From NCBI GenBank assembly GCA_044350705.1, contig JBILHA010000002.1:114295-178294 (forward strand): a stretch of DNA of 64,000 nt, in the 5' to 3' direction. The notes beneath the pieces are model-generated. The model saw only the letters and a program-made list of their open reading frames with translations. It had not been told where the DNA came from and searched no databases. This document shows, piece after piece, positions 22,381 through 30,647 of the stretch (position 1 is the stretch's first letter; each line of letters starts with the position of its first letter). Source of the stretch: Candidatus Kapaibacterium sp. GTDB lineage: Bacteria; Patescibacteriota; Patescibacteriia; UBA9934. The translations under genes were made by a program, and so were the position numbers.

Positions 22381-22417
22381 GCTATAATCGAACGGATATT
22401 CTTCATCCCCCTTCACT

Positions 22418-22834
22418 ATGGCTACCGCAAACAATACCTCAGTTGCGTCGTTCATTCTCCGAGTGTACTTCGCACTGGTGTCAGCAGTAACGCTGTTTAC
22501 ACTCATGTTCGGTGCTATTGATTTGCTCACGATTGGCTTGCGTCAGGTTATTCCTGGAGCAAACCAGCCCGAGTGGGGACTGGAAAACTGTTCTGATACG
22601 ACCAATCGTTATCCTCAGCCTATGGCTGTTGATACCGGAGAAACTCTTGATGAGCCAACCGAAGAGGAACTCAAGGCTGCATGCGAAGCACGCAACGCTG
22701 ACATGCTCCGCAACTGGCACAACCAGCAAGCGGCAGGCCTCGTTCGCAACATTGCACTCATCATCGTTTCCCTCCCTCTCTTCATCATCCACTTCCGCGT
22801 CGTGTACAAGGATTGGAAGAGTGAAAGAACATAA
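22418..22834 (+). CDS. Two-TM membrane protein (DUF5671-like)
   Basis: YFALVSAVTL...LIIVSLPLFIIHF; two Cys in the loop. Confidence 0.65.
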   Translation: MATANNTSVASFILRVYFALVSAVTLFTLMFGAIDLLTIGLRQVIPGANQPEWGLENCSDTTNRYPQPMAVDTGETLDEPTEEELKAACEARNADMLRNWHNQQAAGLVRNIALIIVSLPLFIIHFRVVYKDWKSERT

Positions 22835-22848
22835 TTCCTCTTTAATTC

Positions 22849-22884
22849 GTGGGAGTCTTGCACATAGGCGGACGCCATAACCAC
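22849..22884 (+). promoter_or_regulatory. Putative uL1-binding autoregulatory RNA site
   Basis: GTGGGAG...GAC...TAACCAC immediately before the rplA start, resembling Firmicutes-type L1 leaders. Confidence 0.6.
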
Positions 22885-22890
22885 ATCTCT

Positions 22891-23571
22891 ATGCACAGCA
22901 AACGCTTCACTTCACTTAAATCAAGCACCCAGCAGAAGGCGCTCGCGCCTGCAGATGCCGCTGCACTCGCAAAAGCAAATGCTACTGCGAAGTTTGATGA
23001 AACCATCGAAATGCACTTTAACCTTGGCATTGATCCCAAGCAGGGTGACCAGCAGATTCGCGGAACCATTTCGCTTCCTCATGGAACCGGAAAGACCAAG
23101 CGCGTTGCTGCGTTCGTTGATGCCGCAAACGAAGCTGCAGCAAAGGCGGCCGGTGCAGACATCGTTGCTACCGAAGAAACGATTGAAGAAATCGTACGTA
23201 CCGGTAAAATCGATTTCGATGTTGCCGTTGCCGTTCCAAGTATGATGACCAAGCTTGCGAAAGCAGCAAAGGTCCTTGGTCCTCGCGGTCTTATGCCTAA
23301 CCCGAAGACCGATACCGTGAATCCCAACGTTGCCAAGATGATCGAAGAACAGAAGGCGGGTAAAATCTCCTTCAAGAACGACAACACCGGTAACGTGCAC
23401 ATGATCGTAGGCAAGGCATCTTTCTCTGGTGAGAAGCTTGCAGAAAATATCGTTGCTGCCCTTGATGCAATCCGCAAGGCAAAGCCACAGAGCTCGAAGG
23501 GAATCTACTTCAAGTCTGTAACGCTTACCTCAACCATGGGTCCTGCAGTTCGCCTTGATATCAATGCGTAA
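22891..23571 (+). CDS. rplA: 50S ribosomal protein uL1
   Basis: KFDETIE, LPHGTGK, LGPRGLMPNPK, TSTMGP. Confidence 0.97.
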   Translation: MHSKRFTSLKSSTQQKALAPADAAALAKANATAKFDETIEMHFNLGIDPKQGDQQIRGTISLPHGTGKTKRVAAFVDAANEAAAKAAGADIVATEETIEEIVRTGKIDFDVAVAVPSMMTKLAKAAKVLGPRGLMPNPKTDTVNPNVAKMIEEQKAGKISFKNDNTGNVHMIVGKASFSGEKLAENIVAALDAIRKAKPQSSKGIYFKSVTLTSTMGPAVRLDINA

Positions 23572-23698
23572 TGCAAACAATAAAACCCCGCATTGCTCTC
23601 ATCGAGCTTTGCTGGGTTTTTTGTTTGCGTACTTTTTATTGACAAAATAGGGGAAAATAGTAACTATAGTCATCGCATCTTTGCTCAGGAGCGCACAC

Positions 23699-24004
23699 AT
23701 GGAATATACGTTCGAGGATGGTCTAGAACAGATCGTCACGGCCGCGGTCTGGATGCTAGATTTGGAAGAACGAGAACAGGAACTTCTTTTTCCGATCGTC
23801 ATCTTCGTAGACGGATTCCGGATCACGTTCCAGCCCCTCACCATGAGGAGGCATTATCGTGATTTTGTTGTATCTGGGACCTCCTCCACCAATTTGAGCA
23901 GGATCGTATACATTTCCTTTAACCTACAAGACGGCGGGGAGGAGGTTACTCTGAGCGACTTTAGAGTCGTATTCGAGCATTACCCTCCTACTGAAAGTCA
24001 CTAG
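23699..24004 (+). CDS. Hypothetical acidic protein
   Basis: Own promoter-like TTGACA and -10-like hexamers upstream, AGGAG SD. Confidence 0.6.
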   Translation: MEYTFEDGLEQIVTAAVWMLDLEEREQELLFPIVIFVDGFRITFQPLTMRRHYRDFVVSGTSSTNLSRIVYISFNLQDGGEEVTLSDFRVVFEHYPPTESH

Positions 24005-24119
24005 TGCCCAGTTCTTCTAGAGGATTGGGCATTCGCCTTTTTTTCACGATTGAACATACTCCCCACGTCCACAGGTGCCCCTCCCTTCCTCGGGAGGCTT
24101 TTGTTAAGGTGCTGGCACT

Positions 24120-25046
24120 ATGGATTTTCCGGCGGTTTCGGGAGGAATGCTCTCCCATGCTCTTGTTCAAAAACTTCTCGGAACTGGCCACATTTTTGGC
24201 GCTTTTTCAAATGCAATCACTCACGCCTCGCTCCCGCTCCACAGCACGCGTGAGATCTATCGCCTTCAGGCGCGAGCTATTCCTCAAAAGGGTGAGCGCA
24301 TCCGCCACCTTCTTCGTGTAACTTCCGCCCTAGAACTCCCCCCTGGGAGTCCACTTGAAACATCCGGCCTCTATCTCATACGCCTGCGGGAAACGCTCGT
24401 CCTTCCTTCGGGAATTTTTTGCGCTTTCTCTCTTTCTCACACGGTGAATTTCTTCCGTTCTCTCGAACTTTTCTTTGATGGGTCTTCTTCACTCAATCAG
24501 TCTCCGGCAGGATATACCGGTGAACTTTGGGCGCTTGTACAGCCTGAGCAGGGGCCTATCATTCTTTCAGACGAGATATCTCTCGGACATCTTTTCTTCT
24601 TCTCTTCTTTCTCTTCACTCCCACTCGGAGAAGTTTTGCGGGCACATCATGACACTCCTCTTTTTACCGATCATGAGTATCATCCGCTTCTTCCGGACCT
24701 CTCCCCGACCCATACCTTCATTCTTACCCTCGCACTTTCCAATACAACCTCCGTCGCTCAAAACTCACGTGCGATTCTTTCTTCCCAAGAACACCTTCAT
24801 CTTCCTCAATTTTTCTCTGGACGCATTTTGCGAGATGGAAAAGGGGTCACTTTCTTACCCCCGGGCTTTGGTGCGGATACCGAGCAAGGCAAGCCCATTA
24901 CCCTGTCTTTCTTCCCAACTCAGCATACGCTTTTCCGTGCAAATGAGCCCCTTTGTGAAATGGAACTCCTCCCGGTCGCTCAAGAAATTTCCCCCGCTCA
25001 AACGTTATACACATCGCCCCATGAAGAGACAGGAAAAACCGAGTAA
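24120..25046 (+). CDS. Divergent dCTP deaminase (DCD family)-like protein, probably inactive
   Basis: ASL..., LE..GLYLIRLRETLVLP and AGYTGELW match the DCD framework, but the NPKSSTGR-type motif is missing. Confidence 0.6.
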   Translation: MDFPAVSGGMLSHALVQKLLGTGHIFGAFSNAITHASLPLHSTREIYRLQARAIPQKGERIRHLLRVTSALELPPGSPLETSGLYLIRLRETLVLPSGIFCAFSLSHTVNFFRSLELFFDGSSSLNQSPAGYTGELWALVQPEQGPIILSDEISLGHLFFFSSFSSLPLGEVLRAHHDTPLFTDHEYHPLLPDLSPTHTFILTLALSNTTSVAQNSRAILSSQEHLHLPQFFSGRILRDGKGVTFLPPGFGADTEQGKPITLSFFPTQHTLFRANEPLCEMELLPVAQEISPAQTLYTSPHEETGKTE

Positions 25047-25073
25047 GGTAGGTCGAGATTTTACTCCGCACTT

Positions 25074-25658
25074 ATGAAAGATCTTTTTGGCCCTGGTTCA
25101 AATTGCGAAAAACGCATCGTAAAGGATGTTGAACATGTTAGAAAAATTGTCGAAGGCCTGAAAACGCTTGGCTTAAAGGTTGTCCTTACTCAAGGAACGT
25201 ATGACCTCGTACACATCGGCCATGCTCGTTACTTTGAAGCCGCGAAAGCACACGGTGATATTCTTATCGTAGGCGTTGATAGCGATGAAAAGGTGCGCGC
25301 TCGCAAAGGACCGGAGCGCCCTATTGTCCCCGAAGAAGAGCGCATGGAGATGCTTGCACATATGCGGCATGTTGATCTGACGTTTCTCAAGCCTCATACC
25401 ACCGAAAAGTGGAGCCTCATTAAAGCCGTGCAGCCGGATGTACTCATCGCAACGCGAGAAACATATTCCGACACGCAACTTCAAGAACTCAAACAGTACT
25501 GCAAAGAAGTTGTCGTGCTCGATCCACAAGCCACCACTTCAACGAGCGCAAAAATTCGTCGTATGCAAATTAATACGGCAAAGAAGTTTGAGGAAACGCT
25601 TGTTCCGGAGCTCATGAAAGCTATTCAGGAGACGCTTGATAAAATGAAGGCGGAGTAG
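25074..25658 (+). CDS. Cytidylyl/adenylyltransferase family protein (RfaE-II/TagD-like)
   Basis: GTYDLVHIGH, VGVDSD, RKGPERP, STSAKI. Confidence 0.9.
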   Translation: MKDLFGPGSNCEKRIVKDVEHVRKIVEGLKTLGLKVVLTQGTYDLVHIGHARYFEAAKAHGDILIVGVDSDEKVRARKGPERPIVPEEERMEMLAHMRHVDLTFLKPHTTEKWSLIKAVQPDVLIATRETYSDTQLQELKQYCKEVVVLDPQATTSTSAKIRRMQINTAKKFEETLVPELMKAIQETLDKMKAE

Positions 25659-25660
25659 CT

Positions 25661-26497
25661 ATGAAAAAAGTCCTCATTGCGTACGTGCCGGTTTTGCACG
25701 AAGGATATCGTGCACTTTTTGCGCGGCATTCAGACGCTGAGGCACTTTTTCTTTTTGGCGAAGATGTTATCGCAGAGTACAAACACCTTCTCAAGGACAT
25801 TCGTAAACTGCATCCAGAACTTACCCAAAAGGCCATCGCCTCATGGAATCTTTTTCCTCGGATAGAACTCTTGACGCAAGAAAGCATCAAGGCACTTCAA
25901 GCGCAGAAAGATGTCGCCATCATTTTTTCCGACGATGACGTAACCCGTGAACTCATGGAAAAATATTTTCCCGAGCATCAGAAAGAGGCGGATACGATTT
26001 TTCTCCGTTGGGACAAAAAAACGGCAATTGAGCCGATGCAAGTTTCTCCTGATGTTCGCATTAGCCATGATGCATTTGATCGCGATATTATTGCAGCGAC
26101 CAAAGAAGAAGCGCAGAAAAGTCCCGACTGGTGGCGACGCATTGGCGCTTTTGCGGTACGTGATGGAAAAATTCTTTTCACCGCGCACAATACGTATCTT
26201 CCCGCAGAACAAACCGCATACGACGAAGGCGATCCTCGTTCGAATTTTTCAAGCGGCGTGCATTTAGAGTCCTCGCTCGCGTTTCATGCAGAGGCGAATC
26301 TCGTTGCGCAAGCCGCAAAAACAGGTACATCTCTTGAGGGCGCTGATGTATATTCGGAAACATTCCCCTGTCCTCCGTGTGCAAAGCAACTTGCAGCTTC
26401 GGGTATAAAACGACTTTTCTATCGAACCGGTTACAAAGTACTTGATGGTGAACGAATTTTGAAAAGTTTTGGGGTTGAGATTGTGTTTGTTGAGTAA
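25661..26497 (+). CDS. dCMP-deaminase-family protein with an extra N-terminal domain
   Basis: HAEANL and PCPPC zinc motifs in the C-terminal half; about 130-aa N-terminal extension. Confidence 0.88.
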   Translation: MKKVLIAYVPVLHEGYRALFARHSDAEALFLFGEDVIAEYKHLLKDIRKLHPELTQKAIASWNLFPRIELLTQESIKALQAQKDVAIIFSDDDVTRELMEKYFPEHQKEADTIFLRWDKKTAIEPMQVSPDVRISHDAFDRDIIAATKEEAQKSPDWWRRIGAFAVRDGKILFTAHNTYLPAEQTAYDEGDPRSNFSSGVHLESSLAFHAEANLVAQAAKTGTSLEGADVYSETFPCPPCAKQLAASGIKRLFYRTGYKVLDGERILKSFGVEIVFVE

Positions 26498-26500
26498 TAC

Positions 26501-26992
26501 CTATTTTTTCTTGTAGTTACTTGGTTGTCCGAATTTGAATCGCCAGGCTTCAGCGGTTTCGGCAAGCGCTTCGAGATCGGGCTCAATGAGATGTGCATGA
26601 AGGTGGAGCACGGTTGAGCCGTAGTTTCCTTTGTCTGATGAGCCAAAGCGCATGGCGAGCCCACCACCAATGATATTTCTCTTTTTCGCCTCTTCAGCAA
26701 ACATTTCGAAAAGCTCCGCACCGGCCTCGGGAGTAAGCTCACCCATGTGTTCGATGTGCTTTTTGTGAATAGCGAGTACTTGGTGTTTTACTCGCTCGTA
26801 CGGCCACTGGTTGTCGGTAAGAAACCAGTGTTTTCCTTCTTTGATAATAGGTGCCTTATGGTATTTTTCGAGATTTTCCGGACAGAACGGGCAATGCCCT
26901 TCGTTTTTTATTTCTTCCATGACAGCGCGCTGGTCATCTCTTCGTACGGTTGAGAGATTGATATAGCGGTTAGGGTTCCCTTCTTCGCTCAT
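26501..26992 (-). CDS. HIT-family nucleotide hydrolase
   Basis: CPFC, N..PY and the HLHAH histidine triad. Confidence 0.82.
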   Translation of the reverse strand: MSEEGNPNRYINLSTVRRDDQRAVMEEIKNEGHCPFCPENLEKYHKAPIIKEGKHWFLTDNQWPYERVKHQVLAIHKKHIEHMGELTPEAGAELFEMFAEEAKKRNIIGGGLAMRFGSSDKGNYGSTVLHLHAHLIEPDLEALAETAEAWRFKFGQPSNYKKK

Positions 26993-27473
26993 AGATTTGG
27001 TACGTTGCGTCATGTTCGTTTTTTTCGTCCTTCGGCCACTGTTCTTCATGAACAAGATTCCACTGTGAAAAATCTATCTCAGGAAGCTTCACTTCGCCCT
27101 CAGGCTGCGTATGAACTCGGGTAAGGTACAGGCGCTCTACCGAGGGCAAGGCGATGCGATATATCGCTTCACCTCCACAGATCACCACCTCTTCTCCTTT
27201 CGTTTTTTCTCCCGCATCTTCCCATGAAGAAGCAACGACGCACTCAGAAGGAGCAAAAAAGTTTTCCTGGCGAGTAATAATGACGTTTTTTCGATCAGGT
27301 AGCGGTTTTCCTAAACGTGCCATGATCGAGTCAAAGGTTTTTCGACCCATGATTACCGTTTTGCCGATCGTGAGCGCTTTGAAATTCTTGAGATCGCGCG
27401 GCAAATACCAAGGCAATGTATTAAGGTTGCCAATGACGTCATTATCCGCTGCTGCCACGATCATGGAAATCAT
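26970..27473 (-). CDS. folA: Dihydrofolate reductase
   Basis: VIG...LPW.LP.DL..FK, MGRKT, LPDRKN, GGEAIY. Confidence 0.96.
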   Translation of the reverse strand: MISMIVAAADNDVIGNLNTLPWYLPRDLKNFKALTIGKTVIMGRKTFDSIMARLGKPLPDRKNVIITRQENFFAPSECVVASSWEDAGEKTKGEEVVICGGEAIYRIALPSVERLYLTRVHTQPEGEVKLPEIDFSQWNLVHEEQWPKDEKNEHDATYQIYERRREP

Positions 27474-27475
27474 AC

Positions 27476-28390
27476 TTAAATCGCCACGGGAATTCCTTTA
27501 ATTCCGGGATGAGGATGGTAATCTTCTACCGTGAAGTGTGTATGCCTGAAATCGAAGAAGTTCTTGACGCTTGTGTCCATTTTCATGGTGGCAAAAGGAC
27601 GCGGTTCGCGGGCGAGCATCGTTTCTACGGCAGGAATTTGGTCAACAAAAATATGCGCATCTGAGAAGCTGTGAATGTACTCATACGGCTCTGTTCCCGT
27701 AGCGTGTGCGATCATCATGAGGAGCGCGCCATATTGCACCATGTTCGAAGGAACGCCTACGGGCACATCGCCCGAGCGCTGGAACATATGAAGCGTGAGC
27801 TTGTTATCAATCACACGCAAATGGATCCATCCGTGACAAGGACAAACGACCACTTTTTGCTGTTTGCCTTCTCCACGAATGGTGTACTGCGGGATCCAGG
27901 GAGAAATAAAGTGCGTTTTAAGATGAGGTAGCTCGCGAATTTGCTCAATAATATTTTGGAATTGGTTGAAGGTACCCCCGTCAGCGGTAGGAAAATCGTG
28001 GAAAGCTGCGCCATACGATCCAGGTCCAAGATCACCCGGTTCAAGGCCGCGCTTTTTACACTTTTCTTCAGTTACCCAAGACTGCCACCAGTAACATCCG
28101 AATTCTTCTAACTGTTTTTGGGTTCGTGCGCCATTTGCAAAGCCGCAAATCTCCCCAATTGCTTGCCGCCAGATGGTTACCGGCAAACGATCTGATTCTT
28201 TGGGAGCCATGTTTCGCTCATTAATGAGCGGGAAGCCGTTTTCAAATTTAAAGCGAAGAGGATTGGGTGCAATCAGACTGATCGTATCCACTCCTTGCTG
28301 ACTATTGCTGCGCTCGCCACGTTCAAGGACATCACGAAGAAGGCGCTGATATTGTGCATCTGGCGTGCGTTCTGCAAAGGGTTTCATCAT
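27476..28390 (-). CDS. thyA: Thymidylate synthase (ThyA type, divergent)
   Basis: PCH, QRSGD..GVPSN, DAHIF. Confidence 0.93.
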   Translation of the reverse strand: MMKPFAERTPDAQYQRLLRDVLERGERSNSQQGVDTISLIAPNPLRFKFENGFPLINERNMAPKESDRLPVTIWRQAIGEICGFANGARTQKQLEEFGCYWWQSWVTEEKCKKRGLEPGDLGPGSYGAAFHDFPTADGGTFNQFQNIIEQIRELPHLKTHFISPWIPQYTIRGEGKQQKVVVCPCHGWIHLRVIDNKLTLHMFQRSGDVPVGVPSNMVQYGALLMMIAHATGTEPYEYIHSFSDAHIFVDQIPAVETMLAREPRPFATMKMDTSVKNFFDFRHTHFTVEDYHPHPGIKGIPVAI

Positions 28391-28571
28391 AGAAAAGTCT
28401 TGATTTCTTTTTACAAAGAAGACGTGGTGCACCAGCATGGTTTGCATCACGTCGTCTCTTTCAATCGCGGCGTGCGATGCACCGAATGTGCCATTGTGAA
28501 CCCCCTGGGTCAAACACCTGTGTGGATATGAGATACGGAAAAAATGAAAAACATGGGAAAATGCCCTGTAT

Positions 28572-29000
28572 ATGGAAATTGCCATTCGTCGACTGAGTCC
28601 TGATACTCCTCTCCCTCTTTATCAAACCCCTGGCGCGTGCGCCTTCGATCTTGCAGTTATTGAAGACGGGATGCTTGCTCCGGGAGAACGAAAAATGTTT
28701 CGCACGGGGCTTGTGGTATGTGTTCCTGAAGGACATGTCCTCGTTCTTGCGGCACGTTCGAGTAACGCAAAAAAAGGTATTCAAATGGCAAATGGTATTG
28801 GCATCATTGATCAGGATTACTGCGGCCCCGAAGACGAGCTTCGCCTCTTTCTCTACAACATAGGCAACGAACCCTATCATATTGAGAAAGGAGAGCGCGT
28901 TGCGCAAGGAATGTTTTTGCCGGTCACGAAAGGTATATTCACCGAAATTTCTCATTGGAATGTGGAAAACAATCGGGGCGGATTTGGAACTACCGGATAA
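28572..29000 (+). CDS. dut: Trimeric dUTPase
   Basis: AFDL, RSS, GIIDQDYCG, RVAQ, RGGFGTTG. Confidence 0.95.
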   Translation: MEIAIRRLSPDTPLPLYQTPGACAFDLAVIEDGMLAPGERKMFRTGLVVCVPEGHVLVLAARSSNAKKGIQMANGIGIIDQDYCGPEDELRLFLYNIGNEPYHIEKGERVAQGMFLPVTKGIFTEISHWNVENNRGGFGTTG

Positions 29001-29029
29001 AACTGCGGTATGATGTGCCTAAACGTCCT

Positions 29030-29884
29030 ATGAAACCTCTCATTTCCATTGGCTCCCTCATTGACACCAGCTTCGAGCACTATCGCAAGCATCTTCCCTC
29101 CATTCTCGGCATTACGTTGTGGCTCCTTGTTGCCGCGATTCCTTCCGCGATCGGCATTTTACTCAGCCGAGAAGGGGATGATCTCGGGCTGGCAACGTGG
29201 GCATCATTTGGCTTGAATGTGGTAGGAGGTGTTATTACCGTCCTCGCGTCGCTGCACATTAGCGTCGCCCTCATTCTTGCGGTACGGGAGCAGCGAAAAG
29301 GAAAAAGCATCGATCCTCGCGTCGTCCTTCGCAAGGCCTTCTCCCTTGATCTCTCCTATATTTGGGCGATGATTCTCAAAAATATCTTCGCCGTTCTTCT
29401 CCCGCTCATCCCTCTCATCCTTGCTTTTGCCGCTTTTATCTTTGCGTTACGCTCCGAAAATACGCTTCTCGTGAACTCCCTTTCCATTCTTGCATTTATT
29501 GCCATTCTCATTGCCCTTGGAGGAGCGATTAAGTTTTCTCTCACCTACAACTTCGTACCGTATGCCACGGTCCTGGAAGGAAAACGCGGCATGGAGAGTC
29601 TCCGCACCAGCGCAACCCTGGTACGTGGACGCTGGTGGGAAACATTTTGGCGTTCCTTCCTTCCCAAGGCTCTCTATACGCTCATATTCGTTGTCGCTCT
29701 GGGGGTTATTCTCTGGGTTACCGGCATTATTGCCATCGCGGTCTCCCAAGAATCCTTCGTCATTGCCAAATTCTTTGCACTGCTGAACTTCTTCATCTCA
29801 ACCCTCGTCAATGCCTTCATGCTTCCCCTTCTCCTGCTCAACGATTACTACCTGTATGACAATCTTCAAGAAACGCGTGAGTAA
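29030..29884 (+). CDS. Polytopic membrane protein (glycerophosphodiester-membrane-domain/UPF0259-like)
   Basis: About 6 TMs; SLRTSATLVRGRWWETFWR. Confidence 0.7.
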   Translation: MKPLISIGSLIDTSFEHYRKHLPSILGITLWLLVAAIPSAIGILLSREGDDLGLATWASFGLNVVGGVITVLASLHISVALILAVREQRKGKSIDPRVVLRKAFSLDLSYIWAMILKNIFAVLLPLIPLILAFAAFIFALRSENTLLVNSLSILAFIAILIALGGAIKFSLTYNFVPYATVLEGKRGMESLRTSATLVRGRWWETFWRSFLPKALYTLIFVVALGVILWVTGIIAIAVSQESFVIAKFFALLNFFISTLVNAFMLPLLLLNDYYLYDNLQETRE

Positions 29885-30635
29885 TCACCCTGCACAAAAC
29901 GCCATCCCTGGCGTTTTTGCGCTTTTTGAAGAAACGCAGCGCGTCATTTCCCCTGAACGCATGCGCCTTGCCGGGTATGCCGCCTGGCTTATCATGCCTG
30001 CTCTTGCCACCTTTGGCCTTTCTTTTCTTCCTCTTTCTCCGCTTTGGAACACCCTTCTTCGTAACATCGTTTTGGTAGGAGATATTCTGTTGGGTATTTG
30101 GGTAAGCGCCTCTCTTACCCTTGTTGCGCTCCGCAAATTTCAGCGCCAATCTTTCGATGATCAAGTAATTGTAGAGCACGTCCTCAAAACCTTCCCCGTA
30201 CTCGTGTATCTTTTCGCCTTTTCTTTTCTTTGTATTATCGGAGGAATATACCTTCTCTTTTTGCCGGGAATGATCGCGTTTGTCTGGCTTGCTTTTGGCA
30301 ACATACTTGCCCTTGATATTTCCGGCCTCTCTTTTTCAGCGGCAGTTACCCAGAGCCGCAATCTCAGCAAGGGAAGATTTTGGCAGGTTTTTTGGCGACT
30401 TATCGGAGGCAATATGCTTTTTGGCCTTGCATATCTTGCACTCAGCACACTCGTTCTTTCTCTGGTGTTCGCACTCGCAGGCATTGATCCTCGCGTTTTT
30501 CTTGATACCACGCTTTTGGCACAGTCCGTTATTCCTCCTTGGATTTCCCTCCTGCTCATTGCGCTTTCCCTTCCCTTCGTTCCTTATCGAGCGGTATACC
30601 ACGTTGCGCTTTACGAGGCGCTTAAAAAAGCGTAA
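29877..30635 (+). CDS. Paralogous polytopic membrane protein
   Basis: About 6 TMs; SRNLSKGRFWQVFWR; GTG start inferred. Confidence 0.7.
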   Translation: MSNHPAQNAIPGVFALFEETQRVISPERMRLAGYAAWLIMPALATFGLSFLPLSPLWNTLLRNIVLVGDILLGIWVSASLTLVALRKFQRQSFDDQVIVEHVLKTFPVLVYLFAFSFLCIIGGIYLLFLPGMIAFVWLAFGNILALDISGLSFSAAVTQSRNLSKGRFWQVFWRLIGGNMLFGLAYLALSTLVLSLVFALAGIDPRVFLDTTLLAQSVIPPWISLLLIALSLPFVPYRAVYHVALYEALKKA

Positions 30636-30647
30636 TCTCAAGCCACT

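Noticed and set aside
24120-29000. Phage-type DNA base hypermodification cluster or anti-phage dCTP deaminase
   Set aside because: ThyA keeps the dUMP-specifying Asn (GVPSN), DHFR is adjacent, the deaminase has no kinase domain and there is no phage context. Not fully excluded.
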